NCBI GenBank assembly: GCA_024408095.1
Contig: JAKSVI010000001.1
Span: 33,814-97,813 of the forward strand
DNA from: Bacilli bacterium
GTDB taxonomy: Bacteria; Bacillota_I; Bacilli_A; RFN20; CAG-826
Reading direction: 5' to 3'
DNA length: 64,000 bases
Numbering within the stretch: position 1 is the first letter of the stretch; each line of letters starts with the position of its first letter. This document shows, piece by piece, positions 8,932-17,966 of this stretch. The notes below the pieces were generated by a model. It was not told the DNA's origin, ran no database searches, and saw only the letters and a program-made list of their open reading frames with translations. Both the position numbers and the translations under genes were made by a program.

Positions 8932-11544
8932 ATGAAAAAAATGACCGCAAATGAAATTAGAACAACTTGGTTGAAGTTCTTTCAAAGTAAAGGACACCAT
9001 ATTGAGCCAGGAAGTTCATTAATTCCTAAAAATGATCCAACTTTATTATGGATTAACGCTGGAGTCGCTGCCTTAAAAAAATATTTTGACGGTAGTGAAA
9101 TACCACCTTCACGTCGTATAACTAACGCTCAAAAAAGTATTAGAACAAACGATATTGAAAATGTTGGCAAAACTGATAGACATCATACTTTTTTTGAAAT
9201 GATGGGTAATTTCTCCATAGGCGATTATTTTAGAAAAGAAGCTATTGCCTATGCATATGAACTATTATTTTCTGACAAATATTTTGGATTTGATAAAAAT
9301 AATTTGTATATGACATATCATACCGATGATTTAGAAACAAAAAAATGTTGGATAGAAAATGGTGTTGAAGAATCTCACCTAATCCCATTAGATGGTAATT
9401 TTTGGGAAATAGGAGAGGGACCCTGTGGACCTGACACAGAAATGTTTTATGATCGTGGCGAAAAATACGATCCAAAACATTTGGGCATAAAAATGCTAAA
9501 AGAAGACATTGAAAATGATAGATACATAGAAATTTGGAACATTGTTTTTTCTCAATACAACGCAGTAAGTGGAGTTGAAAGAAAAAATTATAAAGAGTTG
9601 CCAAGCAAAAATATTGATACTGGTGCAGGATTAGAACGTTTTGCTTGTATCATGCAAGAAACAGAAAGTAATTTTGAGACAGATTTATTTTGGCCAATAA
9701 TTGAAAAAACCATGCAAATGTCCGGCAAAAAATACGAAAATAACAAAATGGCATTCCGTGTAATTGCTGATCATATACGTGCTTGCACATTTGCTCTTGC
9801 AGATGGCGAAATGTTTTCTAATGAAGGCCGTGGATATGTATTAAGACGTTTAATTAGACGTGCAGAGCGATATGGAAGAGTCTTAGGAATCGAGAAACCA
9901 TTTTTGTACGAACTTGTTGACACTGTTGTCTCAATAATGAAGGATTACTACCCATATTTGTTAGAAAAACGTGATCAAACGATAAAAATGATTAAATCTG
10001 AAGAAGAAAAATTTCTCAAAACTTTGGTTAATGGTGAAGTGGTTTTAAAGAAAATGATTAAAGACAGCAAATCTTTATCAAAGGAAGATATGTTTAAACT
10101 TTATGACACATATGGCTTTCCAAAAGAATTAACAATGGAGATTTGCGATGAAAATAATGTTTCTTATGATCTTGATGGATTTAATTCTTTAATGGAGGAA
10201 CAAAAACAAAGAGCACGATCTGCTCGAGGAGACCTCCAAAGCATGAATAAGCAAAGTTTTGATCTAATGAATTTTACTGAAAAAAGTGAATTTAGTTATG
10301 ATGATTTGGTTTTGGATGCAAAAATCATTGGTTTGTTTGTTGATGGAAAGAAAGTTGATTCAATTAATGGTTCTGGAGAAGTTATTTTTGATAAAACATG
10401 CTTCTACGCCGAAAGTGGAGGTCAAGTAGCAGATACTGGTTTAATCAGCAACAAAGATGTTGAAGCTAAAGTTAATAATGTTACAAAGGCTCCAAATAAA
10501 CAATTTTTACATTCTGTTGAAGTTTTATATGGCGAATTAAAAATAGGCGATAAACTCACATTAAAAGTTGATAGAAATAGAAGAAACAAAATAACCAGAA
10601 ACCACTCAAGCGTGCATTTATTGCAAAGGGCTTTAAACGATGTTTTAGGTGATTCTATTGCTCAACACGGTTCATTTGTTTGTGAAGAATATTCACACTT
10701 TGACTTTAATTATGGATCAAAAATGAGCGAAGAGCAGTTAAATGAAGTTGAACGCAAAGTAAACGAGTGGATTTCGGAAGAAATTGAAGAAAAAACGTTA
10801 ATTTTGCCTATTGAAGAAGCAAAGAAATTAGGTGCTAAAGCCTTATTTGATGAAAAATATGGAGATGTTGTAAGAGTTGTTACATTTGGAGATGTTTCAA
10901 AAGAATTCTGTGGAGGAACTCACGTCAAAAATTCCAATGGTATTGGATTATTTGTAATTGAATATGAAGAAAGTGTGGCATCTGGAATAAGACGTATTCA
11001 ATCAAGAACTTCTATAAATGCCTTTGAATTGATGAAAAAACGCGAAAATGTTTTGAATAGAGTTAAGAACACTTTATCAGCAAATAGTTATTCAGAAGTT
11101 GAAAATCGTCTAAATACATTGAATAATGAAAAAATGTTTTTGAAAAAAGAAAATGAATCACTAAATTCTAAATTAGCAAATAATAGTGCCAATAACTTAA
11201 AGTCTTTATTTGCAAAAAATAGCAACAATATTGATGTTCTGGTTGAATTTATTAAAGATTCCAAAAGAGATAATTTATTATCTATGATTGATAAATTAAA
11301 AGCCGATTTCAAAAATAGTGTTATTTTGTTAATAGGAGATGACGGTCAAACATTACCTATAGTTTGTTCAGTCAATGGTGATGCATTGAAAATGTATCAA
11401 GCTGGTGCTGTTGTTAGAAATATTGCCCCAATTTTAAACGGATCTGGTGGCGGAAGACCAGATTTAGCTAGCGGTGCAGGTAAAGACAAACAATCCATTA
11501 ATAAAGCTATTAAAGCTGCAAAGGAATTATTAAATAATGCCTAA
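8932..11544 (+). CDS. alaS: Alanine--tRNA ligase
   Basis: 870 aa. Class II motifs, editing domain HxxxH (NHSSVHLLQ) and C-terminal DHHA1 (GGGRPDLASGAG). Confidence 0.95.
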   Translation: MKKMTANEIRTTWLKFFQSKGHHIEPGSSLIPKNDPTLLWINAGVAALKKYFDGSEIPPSRRITNAQKSIRTNDIENVGKTDRHHTFFEMMGNFSIGDYFRKEAIAYAYELLFSDKYFGFDKNNLYMTYHTDDLETKKCWIENGVEESHLIPLDGNFWEIGEGPCGPDTEMFYDRGEKYDPKHLGIKMLKEDIENDRYIEIWNIVFSQYNAVSGVERKNYKELPSKNIDTGAGLERFACIMQETESNFETDLFWPIIEKTMQMSGKKYENNKMAFRVIADHIRACTFALADGEMFSNEGRGYVLRRLIRRAERYGRVLGIEKPFLYELVDTVVSIMKDYYPYLLEKRDQTIKMIKSEEEKFLKTLVNGEVVLKKMIKDSKSLSKEDMFKLYDTYGFPKELTMEICDENNVSYDLDGFNSLMEEQKQRARSARGDLQSMNKQSFDLMNFTEKSEFSYDDLVLDAKIIGLFVDGKKVDSINGSGEVIFDKTCFYAESGGQVADTGLISNKDVEAKVNNVTKAPNKQFLHSVEVLYGELKIGDKLTLKVDRNRRNKITRNHSSVHLLQRALNDVLGDSIAQHGSFVCEEYSHFDFNYGSKMSEEQLNEVERKVNEWISEEIEEKTLILPIEEAKKLGAKALFDEKYGDVVRVVTFGDVSKEFCGGTHVKNSNGIGLFVIEYEESVASGIRRIQSRTSINAFELMKKRENVLNRVKNTLSANSYSEVENRLNTLNNEKMFLKKENESLNSKLANNSANNLKSLFAKNSNNIDVLVEFIKDSKRDNLLSMIDKLKADFKNSVILLIGDDGQTLPIVCSVNGDALKMYQAGAVVRNIAPILNGSGGGRPDLASGAGKDKQSINKAIKAAKELLNNA

Positions 11545-11959
11545 GGCTATTGGTTTAGATCTCGGAACAACTACACTAGGTATCGCTATAAGCGATTCTT
11601 TAGGAATTGTCCATGGTTTGGAAACCTTTCATTTTCAAGCCAATGCTTATTCAAAAGCTCGTGAAAAAGTTCACGAGATTGTTAATGAAAAAGATATAAA
11701 AATTATTGCTCTTGGATACCCATTAAATATGGATGGGACAATAGGAGAAAGGGCAAAATCTTGTCTAAAATTTAGAGATGATTTATTAAAAGAAGATGAT
11801 TCCTTAACCATCGAAATGGTGGATGAAAGATTAACAACCGTCATGGCACATCGTAGTTTATCAGACATGAATGTTAATCATGAGAAAAGAAAACAAGTTG
11901 TTGATACATTGGCGGCAAGCGAAATATTAGAAACATTTGTTAGAAGCAAAGGATGGTAA
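11537..11959 (+). CDS. ruvX: Putative pre-16S rRNA nuclease / Holliday junction resolvase-like YqgF
   Basis: 140 aa. N-terminal GLDLGTTTLGIAISD RNase H-like motif. It is in the conserved alaS-yqgF arrangement. Confidence 0.85.
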   Translation: MPKAIGLDLGTTTLGIAISDSLGIVHGLETFHFQANAYSKAREKVHEIVNEKDIKIIALGYPLNMDGTIGERAKSCLKFRDDLLKEDDSLTIEMVDERLTTVMAHRSLSDMNVNHEKRKQVVDTLAASEILETFVRSKGW

Positions 11960-12227
11960 TTTTATGGAAATTAAAGACAATCAAATCATTATTAAAGATG
12001 ACAATGGCGTGGAACATGTTCTATCCATTTTATTTACATATGATAATGATGAAAGAAAGAAAAAATATGTTTTCTTTTTTGATCCAAGTAACGAAGAAGA
12101 AATTATGGTTATGTCTTATAACGATAGTGGGGAGTTATTTGAAATAGAGGATGACGAAGAATACGAAGAAATAGAAGAAGTCTTCGCTGCGTATAACGAG
12201 GATCCTAAAATTCAAGAAATTAAATAA
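11937..12227 (+). CDS. DUF1292 family protein (YrzB-like)
   Basis: 96 aa acidic protein. Motif VFFFDP and conserved position after yqgF in Firmicutes. Confidence 0.7.
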   Translation: MLEAKDGNFMEIKDNQIIIKDDNGVEHVLSILFTYDNDERKKKYVFFFDPSNEEEIMVMSYNDSGELFEIEDDEEYEEIEEVFAAYNEDPKIQEIK

Positions 12228-12795
12228 ATATAATTAAGCCTAATACTCCTGATATTAATAATATCAATAAAGGATTGAGGCTTTTTTTATTTACTCTTTT
12301 AAAGGTAATCACAAGTATCGCCAAAATTATTATTAATGTAAATGATTGTCTGTCAAAAATGTAATTACAAGCAGAGATATTATTATTTGCAAAAAATGAA
12401 AGTTTTATTGTTAAAATGATAGCTGTTGCTAATATCAAACCAACAACAATAGGTTTTACCCCACTTAATGCTCCTTGTATATATTTGTTTTTTGAAAACT
12501 TTTTAAATAAAATAGCAATGATGGTGATAATGATCATTGATGGTAAAATTACACCTAAAGTTGCCATAAAGGCCCCAAAAGGACCAGCCACACTGTTCCC
12601 AACAAATGTTGCAATATTAATGGCAAAAGGTCCTGGCGTAGCTTCACTTATAGCGATAAAATCAGTTAACGTTGAACTAGTAATCCAACCCTTAGATACA
12701 ATTTGGTCTTGTATCATTGGAATCATTGCGTATCCACCGCCAATGGTGAATAATCCAATTAAGAAAAATGTTGAAAAAATTTGAAAAACAATCAT
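12220..12795 (-). CDS. chrA: Chromate transporter family protein (short-chain CHR, downstream member of the pair)
   Basis: 191 aa. CHR signature GGGYAMIPMIQ, 5-6 TM helices. It overlaps its partner by 4 nt (ATGA) and its 3' end overlaps DUF1292 by 8 nt (convergent). Confidence 0.75.
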   Translation of the reverse strand: MIVFQIFSTFFLIGLFTIGGGYAMIPMIQDQIVSKGWITSSTLTDFIAISEATPGPFAINIATFVGNSVAGPFGAFMATLGVILPSMIIITIIAILFKKFSKNKYIQGALSGVKPIVVGLILATAIILTIKLSFFANNNISACNYIFDRQSFTLIIILAILVITFKRVNKKSLNPLLILLISGVLGLIIFI

Positions 12796-13391
12796 TTCTT
12801 TTTCTCCCTTTTCTTACAATTATTTTGGAAAACTATGCAAATTAGGCCTGAAATTAATCCTGTTGCAATAAATATAATACTTATCCATGAGAATGAGACA
12901 TTTAAAATTGCAAATAATAACAAACCAATTGCTGTTATAGAGAATAATATAATCGATAAGACATTCCATTTTAAATTTTTATAGAATTTTAAAACAGCAA
13001 TGAACAATAACACACAAACGCCAGCCTTTAATCCTTTAAACAAAGCAATCATTGGCGCAAACGTAATAAATGTTTCATAAAAATAACTAATCAATAAAAC
13101 GATGACAAAACTTGGGATGGCTAAAGATATTGTTGCTACAATTCCACCAATAATTCCAGCGACTTTATACCCTACAAACGTAGCGGCATTAACTGAAATT
13201 GGTCCTGGTGTTGATTCGCTGATAGCGATGATGTCTAAAAGCTCTGATTCTGAGGACCATTTTCTTTTTTCAACCACGTCTTTTTGAATTAGAGGAATCA
13301 TTGCGTAGCCACCTCCGAAAGTAAAAAGACCTATCTTGGCAAAGGTAATAAATAATTGAAACAAACGCTTGATTAATGGTTCTTTTTTCAT
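12792..13391 (-). CDS. chrA: Chromate transporter family protein (short-chain CHR, upstream member of the pair)
   Basis: 199 aa. CHR signature GGGYAMIPLIQ, multi-TM. Arranged as a two-gene split ChrA. Confidence 0.75.
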   Translation of the reverse strand: MKKEPLIKRLFQLFITFAKIGLFTFGGGYAMIPLIQKDVVEKRKWSSESELLDIIAISESTPGPISVNAATFVGYKVAGIIGGIVATISLAIPSFVIVLLISYFYETFITFAPMIALFKGLKAGVCVLLFIAVLKFYKNLKWNVLSIILFSITAIGLLLFAILNVSFSWISIIFIATGLISGLICIVFQNNCKKREKKK

Positions 13392-13490
13392 TGCTTTCTT
13401 ATTATATAGAAAGGAATAAGGTAAATAAACTATGGAATTGTTTATTCGTTATTGATATAATAACGTTCGCAACAAAAGAAGGTAATTATT

Positions 13491-13961
13491 ATGGCAGAAA
13501 AATCTAAGCTTACAAAAGAAGGATACAAAAAACTTGAAAACGAATTACGTGATTTAATTGACAACGTTCGTGAACAAGTCAAAAAACAATTAGCAGAAGC
13601 ACGCGCACAGGGTGACTTGAGTGAAAATGCAGATTATGATGCAGCACGCGCTAGACAAGCTGAAGTTGAAGGTAGAATTAAACAAATTGAAGAAATTTTA
13701 AGCAATGCCGAGATTATTTCTGATTCAAAAAATACAAATAAGGTTTCATTAGGATCGACTGTTTGCGTTAAATATCTTGAAACAGGTAAGGAATATACTT
13801 ACATGATTGTCGGAACTGTTGAGAGCGACCCATTTAACAATAAAATCTCTAATGCTTGCCCTTTAGGTGAGGCTTTAATTGGCAAAACTGTTAACGACAT
13901 CGTAGATGTCAAAGGTAAAACCGTCAATAAAGTTCAAATTTTAAAAATTGAAAATAAATAA
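13491..13961 (+). CDS. greA: Transcription elongation factor GreA
   Basis: 156 aa. N-terminal coiled-coil and C-terminal FKBP-like domain. Confidence 0.9.
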   Translation: MAEKSKLTKEGYKKLENELRDLIDNVREQVKKQLAEARAQGDLSENADYDAARARQAEVEGRIKQIEEILSNAEIISDSKNTNKVSLGSTVCVKYLETGKEYTYMIVGTVESDPFNNKISNACPLGEALIGKTVNDIVDVKGKTVNKVQILKIENK

Positions 13962-13982
13962 AAATTTTAAAAAATTTAAAAA

Positions 13983-14031
13983 AAATTAATAAAAATTGAA
14001 AAAACTTCCGAACTACTTATATAGGAGGTTT
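13983..14031 (+). promoter_or_regulatory. Copy 1 of a conserved 49-nt leader element (promoter-like TTGAAA-N16-TATATA plus inverted repeat AACTTCC-N14-GGAGGTT covering the SD), 8 nt upstream of comEA
   Basis: AAATTAATAAAAATTGAAAAAACTTCCGAACTACTTATATAGGAGGTTT. It is at least 96% identical to copies at 33331-33379 and 57371-57419 (minus strand). Confidence 0.7.
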
Positions 14032-14039
14032 TTTTATTT

Positions 14040-14576
14040 ATGTTCAAAATAATTATCGGTGTAATTATTGCGGGAATACTTGCAATTGGCGCATTCATGA
14101 TATTAGATCCAAATATCAAAATAGCAAACAGCACGCAAGATCCAACAGTTGACACCACAAACACATTCCAAGTTTCTATTGAAGGAGAAATTTTTAAAAG
14201 TGGAACGTACACGCTACAAGAGGGCGCGACAATGAATGATTTAATTACGGCGGCTGGCGGATTAACAAATAACGCTGATGAATATGCATTCTTTGAAGAT
14301 GCTGTTTTAACAAAAGGCCAGAGCTATTATATAGCTCCAAAATTTGATGTAGGAGATATATGCAACCAAAACGAAATTAAGAAGGTGAACATTAATAGTG
14401 ATGAAAGCGAAACATTACTGTCAGTTAACGGTTTTACAACCTCAATTGTATCTTCAATCATTTCATATCGAACAGAAAATGGTGCCTTTTCAACAATTGA
14501 AGCATTGATGGATGTTTATGGAATTGGCAATGCCACGTATCGTAAAGTACGAAACTATGTAATATTGCATAAGTGA
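14040..14576 (+). CDS. comEA: Competence protein ComEA (DNA receptor: TM anchor, SLBB domain and tandem helix-hairpin-helix)
   Basis: 178 aa. N-terminal TM, SLBB-like region (GTYTLQEGATMNDLITAAGG) and C-terminal HhH (FSTIEALMDVYGIGNATYRKV). Confidence 0.8.
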   Translation: MFKIIIGVIIAGILAIGAFMILDPNIKIANSTQDPTVDTTNTFQVSIEGEIFKSGTYTLQEGATMNDLITAAGGLTNNADEYAFFEDAVLTKGQSYYIAPKFDVGDICNQNEIKKVNINSDESETLLSVNGFTTSIVSSIISYRTENGAFSTIEALMDVYGIGNATYRKVRNYVILHK

Positions 14577-16582
14577 AGCTACTATTTCTCTTTCTTTCTA
14601 TATTTTTAGGCTTTTCTTTATTTTCATCGCCAATTGGATTTGGAATAACATTCGTAATTTTAATAATCTGTTCAATTAAAAGATTTAAGGCAAAATTTAC
14701 TATTCTTTGTTTGCTTTTATTCACAGTTTTTACATTATTATCGCTTATTAAACTAAATGTTATTAGGGATTGTTACCAAGGAGTTGTAATCGAGGCGAAA
14801 GAAAATTATGCAATTTTACTATGCAGATTTGAAAGAATATATCTACCTATTAAAGAAAATAATATAGAAATAGGTGATATCATTAACGTAACTGGGACAA
14901 AAAGTGATTTAAATTTTATCACGATTCAATCACAATTTGATTTCTCACATTATTTAAATAACAAAGGTATATTTAATCAATTAAATGTTGATACCATCAA
15001 TACAATATTTAAAAATCCAATACGTCTTAAACAGATAAGAATGGATTTTTTAAATCACTTTGACGAAAATACAAAATCATTAATCGGGAGCATATTGTTT
15101 TCTGAAGGGGAAACTGGTGAAGCAACCGAATTGATGAGTCAGTTGCATCTATCAAGATTAGCAACTGTATCTGGCGTTTATATCTATGCTTTTCTTAAAA
15201 TGCTAAATGGTCTTTATTCTCGTAAATTTAGCGAGAAAAACTCTAAAATTTTAGCATTAATTACCTTATCGCCATATTTAATTTTTACATTCAATAAGTT
15301 ATCGATTAAAAGAATTGTTTTTCTATATATATTCAGATTAATAAATGAGTATAAGTTCAATAAAAAGATAGACAATTTATCCATAATTTCCATAATCGCT
15401 ATTATATTTCTATTATTAGATCCATATTTATCTAGGCAGGATTCATTCATATTAGGATTTTTTATACCGATTGTATCCCATTTTATTAATCAGGCCTTTC
15501 GAAAGAAGAAAAAAACTAAAAAATATATATTATCATCATTATTAATTTATGTTTTTTATATTCCGTTTGAAATTAAATTTTTTAACGAAATTTCACCTTT
15601 ATCAATTGTTTTTCAAACAATATATTCGCCGATATTTATTTTATTAGCTTTGTTCTCGCTTTTATGTTTTATTAAAATTCCTTTGTATCCAGTTGTTAAC
15701 ACACTAGCTAAAGGTTGCACCAACTTACTTGGATGGTGCAACAAAATTAATCCAAAACTGTTTATACCGCCATTCCCAGATTGGCTAACTCTGATTTATT
15801 ATTTATTATTCGCCCTTTGTTTGGTCTTAATAACTATTAAATTATTACCTATTTCAAGATTTATTTTTGTTATATCAATATGCTTGTCGATTATTTATGT
15901 TCTCCCAATACAAAATTTTGTTACCGCTGAAGTAGATTTTATTAATGTTGGTCAGGGTGATTCGTGTTTAATTAGATATAAAACAACAACCATTTTAATA
16001 GATACTGGTGGCTCCTTATACCTAGATGTTGCAAAAGATTCTTTAATTCCTTATTTAAAAAGTAAAAGAATCTACAACATAGATTGCGTTATTACGACCC
16101 ATGATGATAACGACCATAAAGGAGCATTAGAAAGTCTTTGCAGCAATTTTAATGTAAAAGAATATATAAATGATATCGGCAATTTTCCATTGTCTTTTAA
16201 TAATTTAACCTTAATAAACTACAATAATTTTGTTTCTGAATGGAAAGAAGAAAATGACACAAGTTTGGTGATTGGATTTGCTTTGTGTGATACAAATTTT
16301 TTAATCATGGGTGATGCACCTAAAAAAATAGAAAATCTAATTATGAAAGAGTTTGACTATATACCTTGTGACGTTTTAAAAATAGGACATCATGGTTCAA
16401 ATACATCTACAAGCGATAAATTCATTAAGTATTTGAAGCCTCAAGATGCAGTCATATCGGTTGGCAAAAATAAATACGGTCATCCAGATAGTTCAGTAAT
16501 AGGTATTTTAAAAAATAATAATGTAACAATTAAAAGAACAGATAAAATTGGCACAATTATATATTCATATTATTGCTTTTAA
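14573..16582 (+). CDS. comEC: DNA internalisation competence protein ComEC/Rec2
   Basis: 669 aa polytopic membrane protein with a C-terminal metallo-beta-lactamase domain (INVGQGDSCLI, HDDNDH, GHHGSNTSTS). It overlaps the comEA stop by 4 nt. Confidence 0.85.
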   Translation: MKLLFLFLSIFLGFSLFSSPIGFGITFVILIICSIKRFKAKFTILCLLLFTVFTLLSLIKLNVIRDCYQGVVIEAKENYAILLCRFERIYLPIKENNIEIGDIINVTGTKSDLNFITIQSQFDFSHYLNNKGIFNQLNVDTINTIFKNPIRLKQIRMDFLNHFDENTKSLIGSILFSEGETGEATELMSQLHLSRLATVSGVYIYAFLKMLNGLYSRKFSEKNSKILALITLSPYLIFTFNKLSIKRIVFLYIFRLINEYKFNKKIDNLSIISIIAIIFLLLDPYLSRQDSFILGFFIPIVSHFINQAFRKKKKTKKYILSSLLIYVFYIPFEIKFFNEISPLSIVFQTIYSPIFILLALFSLLCFIKIPLYPVVNTLAKGCTNLLGWCNKINPKLFIPPFPDWLTLIYYLLFALCLVLITIKLLPISRFIFVISICLSIIYVLPIQNFVTAEVDFINVGQGDSCLIRYKTTTILIDTGGSLYLDVAKDSLIPYLKSKRIYNIDCVITTHDDNDHKGALESLCSNFNVKEYINDIGNFPLSFNNLTLINYNNFVSEWKEENDTSLVIGFALCDTNFLIMGDAPKKIENLIMKEFDYIPCDVLKIGHHGSNTSTSDKFIKYLKPQDAVISVGKNKYGHPDSSVIGILKNNNVTIKRTDKIGTIIYSYYCF

Positions 16583-16651
16583 AGCGTAAAAATATTTTAA
16601 AAAAACATTAAAAATGTTTATTTGGTTAATATATAATTTATATTAGTAGGT

Positions 16652-17623
16652 ATGATTTATTTAATTTTTGGAACAGAAATTTCTATTATAAAAAATAGAA
16701 TAAATAAAATTGCAAAAGAAGCATTATCTGAAATCGATGAAATGAATTTTGTTCGTTTTGATGGCAATAATATTTTAATACAAGATGTCATCGATGAATG
16801 TAATTATATTTCTTTGGGATATGACCATAAAGTTGTTTCATTTGAAAATTGCTATTTTTTGCTAAAACCAAAACCACGAAATAGTATTGAATCAGATCAA
16901 GATTACAAAGCCTTAACAACATATCTTAATAACCCTAATGAACAAACAGATCTTATTCTTTCAGTTAATGAAAATAATATTGATGAGAAATCAACAATAG
17001 TTTCCATTTTAAAAGAAAAAGGAAAAGTTATGCAGGTTGCTGAACCTGATGAAAAGAATTGGCTTGATTATGTTAAAAGTTATATAAAAGACAAGCTTCA
17101 AGTTCAAATTGATAATGACGCGATGCTTGAATTAGCGGATAGAACACAAGGTGACATCGCTTTGTTTAAAAATAACGCTATAAAATTATCTTTATACACA
17201 AATCATATAACTTACGACGATATAAATTTAATGGTTCCAAGAGTTTTGGAAGATAACGCTTTTCAAATATTTAACTATCTTTTGATGAAAAAAAATATAG
17301 ATGCTGTTGCTTTATTTAACGATTTAAAAGTGTCATCTGTTGAACCTGTTACATTAATTTCTATGTTGAGCAATCAATTTAGATTACTTAGTCAAGTTTC
17401 ATATTTGGTCAAAAATGGCGATAGTGATGATGAAGGTGCAAAAAAAATCGGAATAAAACCTATAAGATTTAAAATATTACGCAAAAATTCATATACTTTT
17501 TCAGAAAGTTCTATTTTGAAAGTATTAGATGATTTGTATAATCTCGATTTACAAATAAAAAGCGGACAAGTTGACCGCTTTTATGCATTTGAATTATTTT
17601 TAATAAAATTCAAGGTTGATTAA
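16652..17623 (+). CDS. holA: DNA polymerase III delta subunit
   Basis: 323 aa. N-terminal MIYLIFGTE typical of HolA. In the conserved comEC-holA-rpsT synteny. Confidence 0.7.
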   Translation: MIYLIFGTEISIIKNRINKIAKEALSEIDEMNFVRFDGNNILIQDVIDECNYISLGYDHKVVSFENCYFLLKPKPRNSIESDQDYKALTTYLNNPNEQTDLILSVNENNIDEKSTIVSILKEKGKVMQVAEPDEKNWLDYVKSYIKDKLQVQIDNDAMLELADRTQGDIALFKNNAIKLSLYTNHITYDDINLMVPRVLEDNAFQIFNYLLMKKNIDAVALFNDLKVSSVEPVTLISMLSNQFRLLSQVSYLVKNGDSDDEGAKKIGIKPIRFKILRKNSYTFSESSILKVLDDLYNLDLQIKSGQVDRFYAFELFLIKFKVD

Positions 17624-17887
17624 TTATTTAATAGAATTAACTAATTTGGACAATTCGCTCTTTTGACGTGCAGCAGTATTTGCGTGTTGAACGTGATCGG
17701 AAACGGATTTATCAATTAATTTAAACGCACTAACTAAAAGGGATTCTGCAGATTTAAGATCTTTAGCAGCGACAGCTTCTCTAACTTTTTTCATTTCTGA
17801 ACGAATAGCAGATTTTGCAGCTTTGTTTCTTAAACGAGCTTGTTCATTAGTTTTGTTACGTTTAATTTGTGATTTAATGTTTGCCAT
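17624..17887 (-). CDS. rpsT: 30S ribosomal protein S20
   Basis: 87 aa, MANIKSQIKR N-terminus. Convergent with holA with zero intergenic spacing. Confidence 0.9.
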   Translation of the reverse strand: MANIKSQIKRNKTNEQARLRNKAAKSAIRSEMKKVREAVAAKDLKSAESLLVSAFKLIDKSVSDHVQHANTAARQKSELSKLVNSIK

Positions 17888-17966
17888 ATTTTATTCCTTC
17901 TTTTCAGTGTCGTTTTATATGCTATCAAAACTATATTAAGAATGCAAATATAATTTGAGCATCTAA

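Noticed and set aside
14002-14031. The shared leader palindrome as a CRP/Fnr-type site for the nearby Crp-family regulator.
   Set aside because: Its half-sites (AACCTCC/GGAGGTT, 14-nt spacer) do not resemble the GTGA-N6-TCAC geometry found next to the regulator gene itself. A different binding factor or an RNA-level mechanism is more likely.
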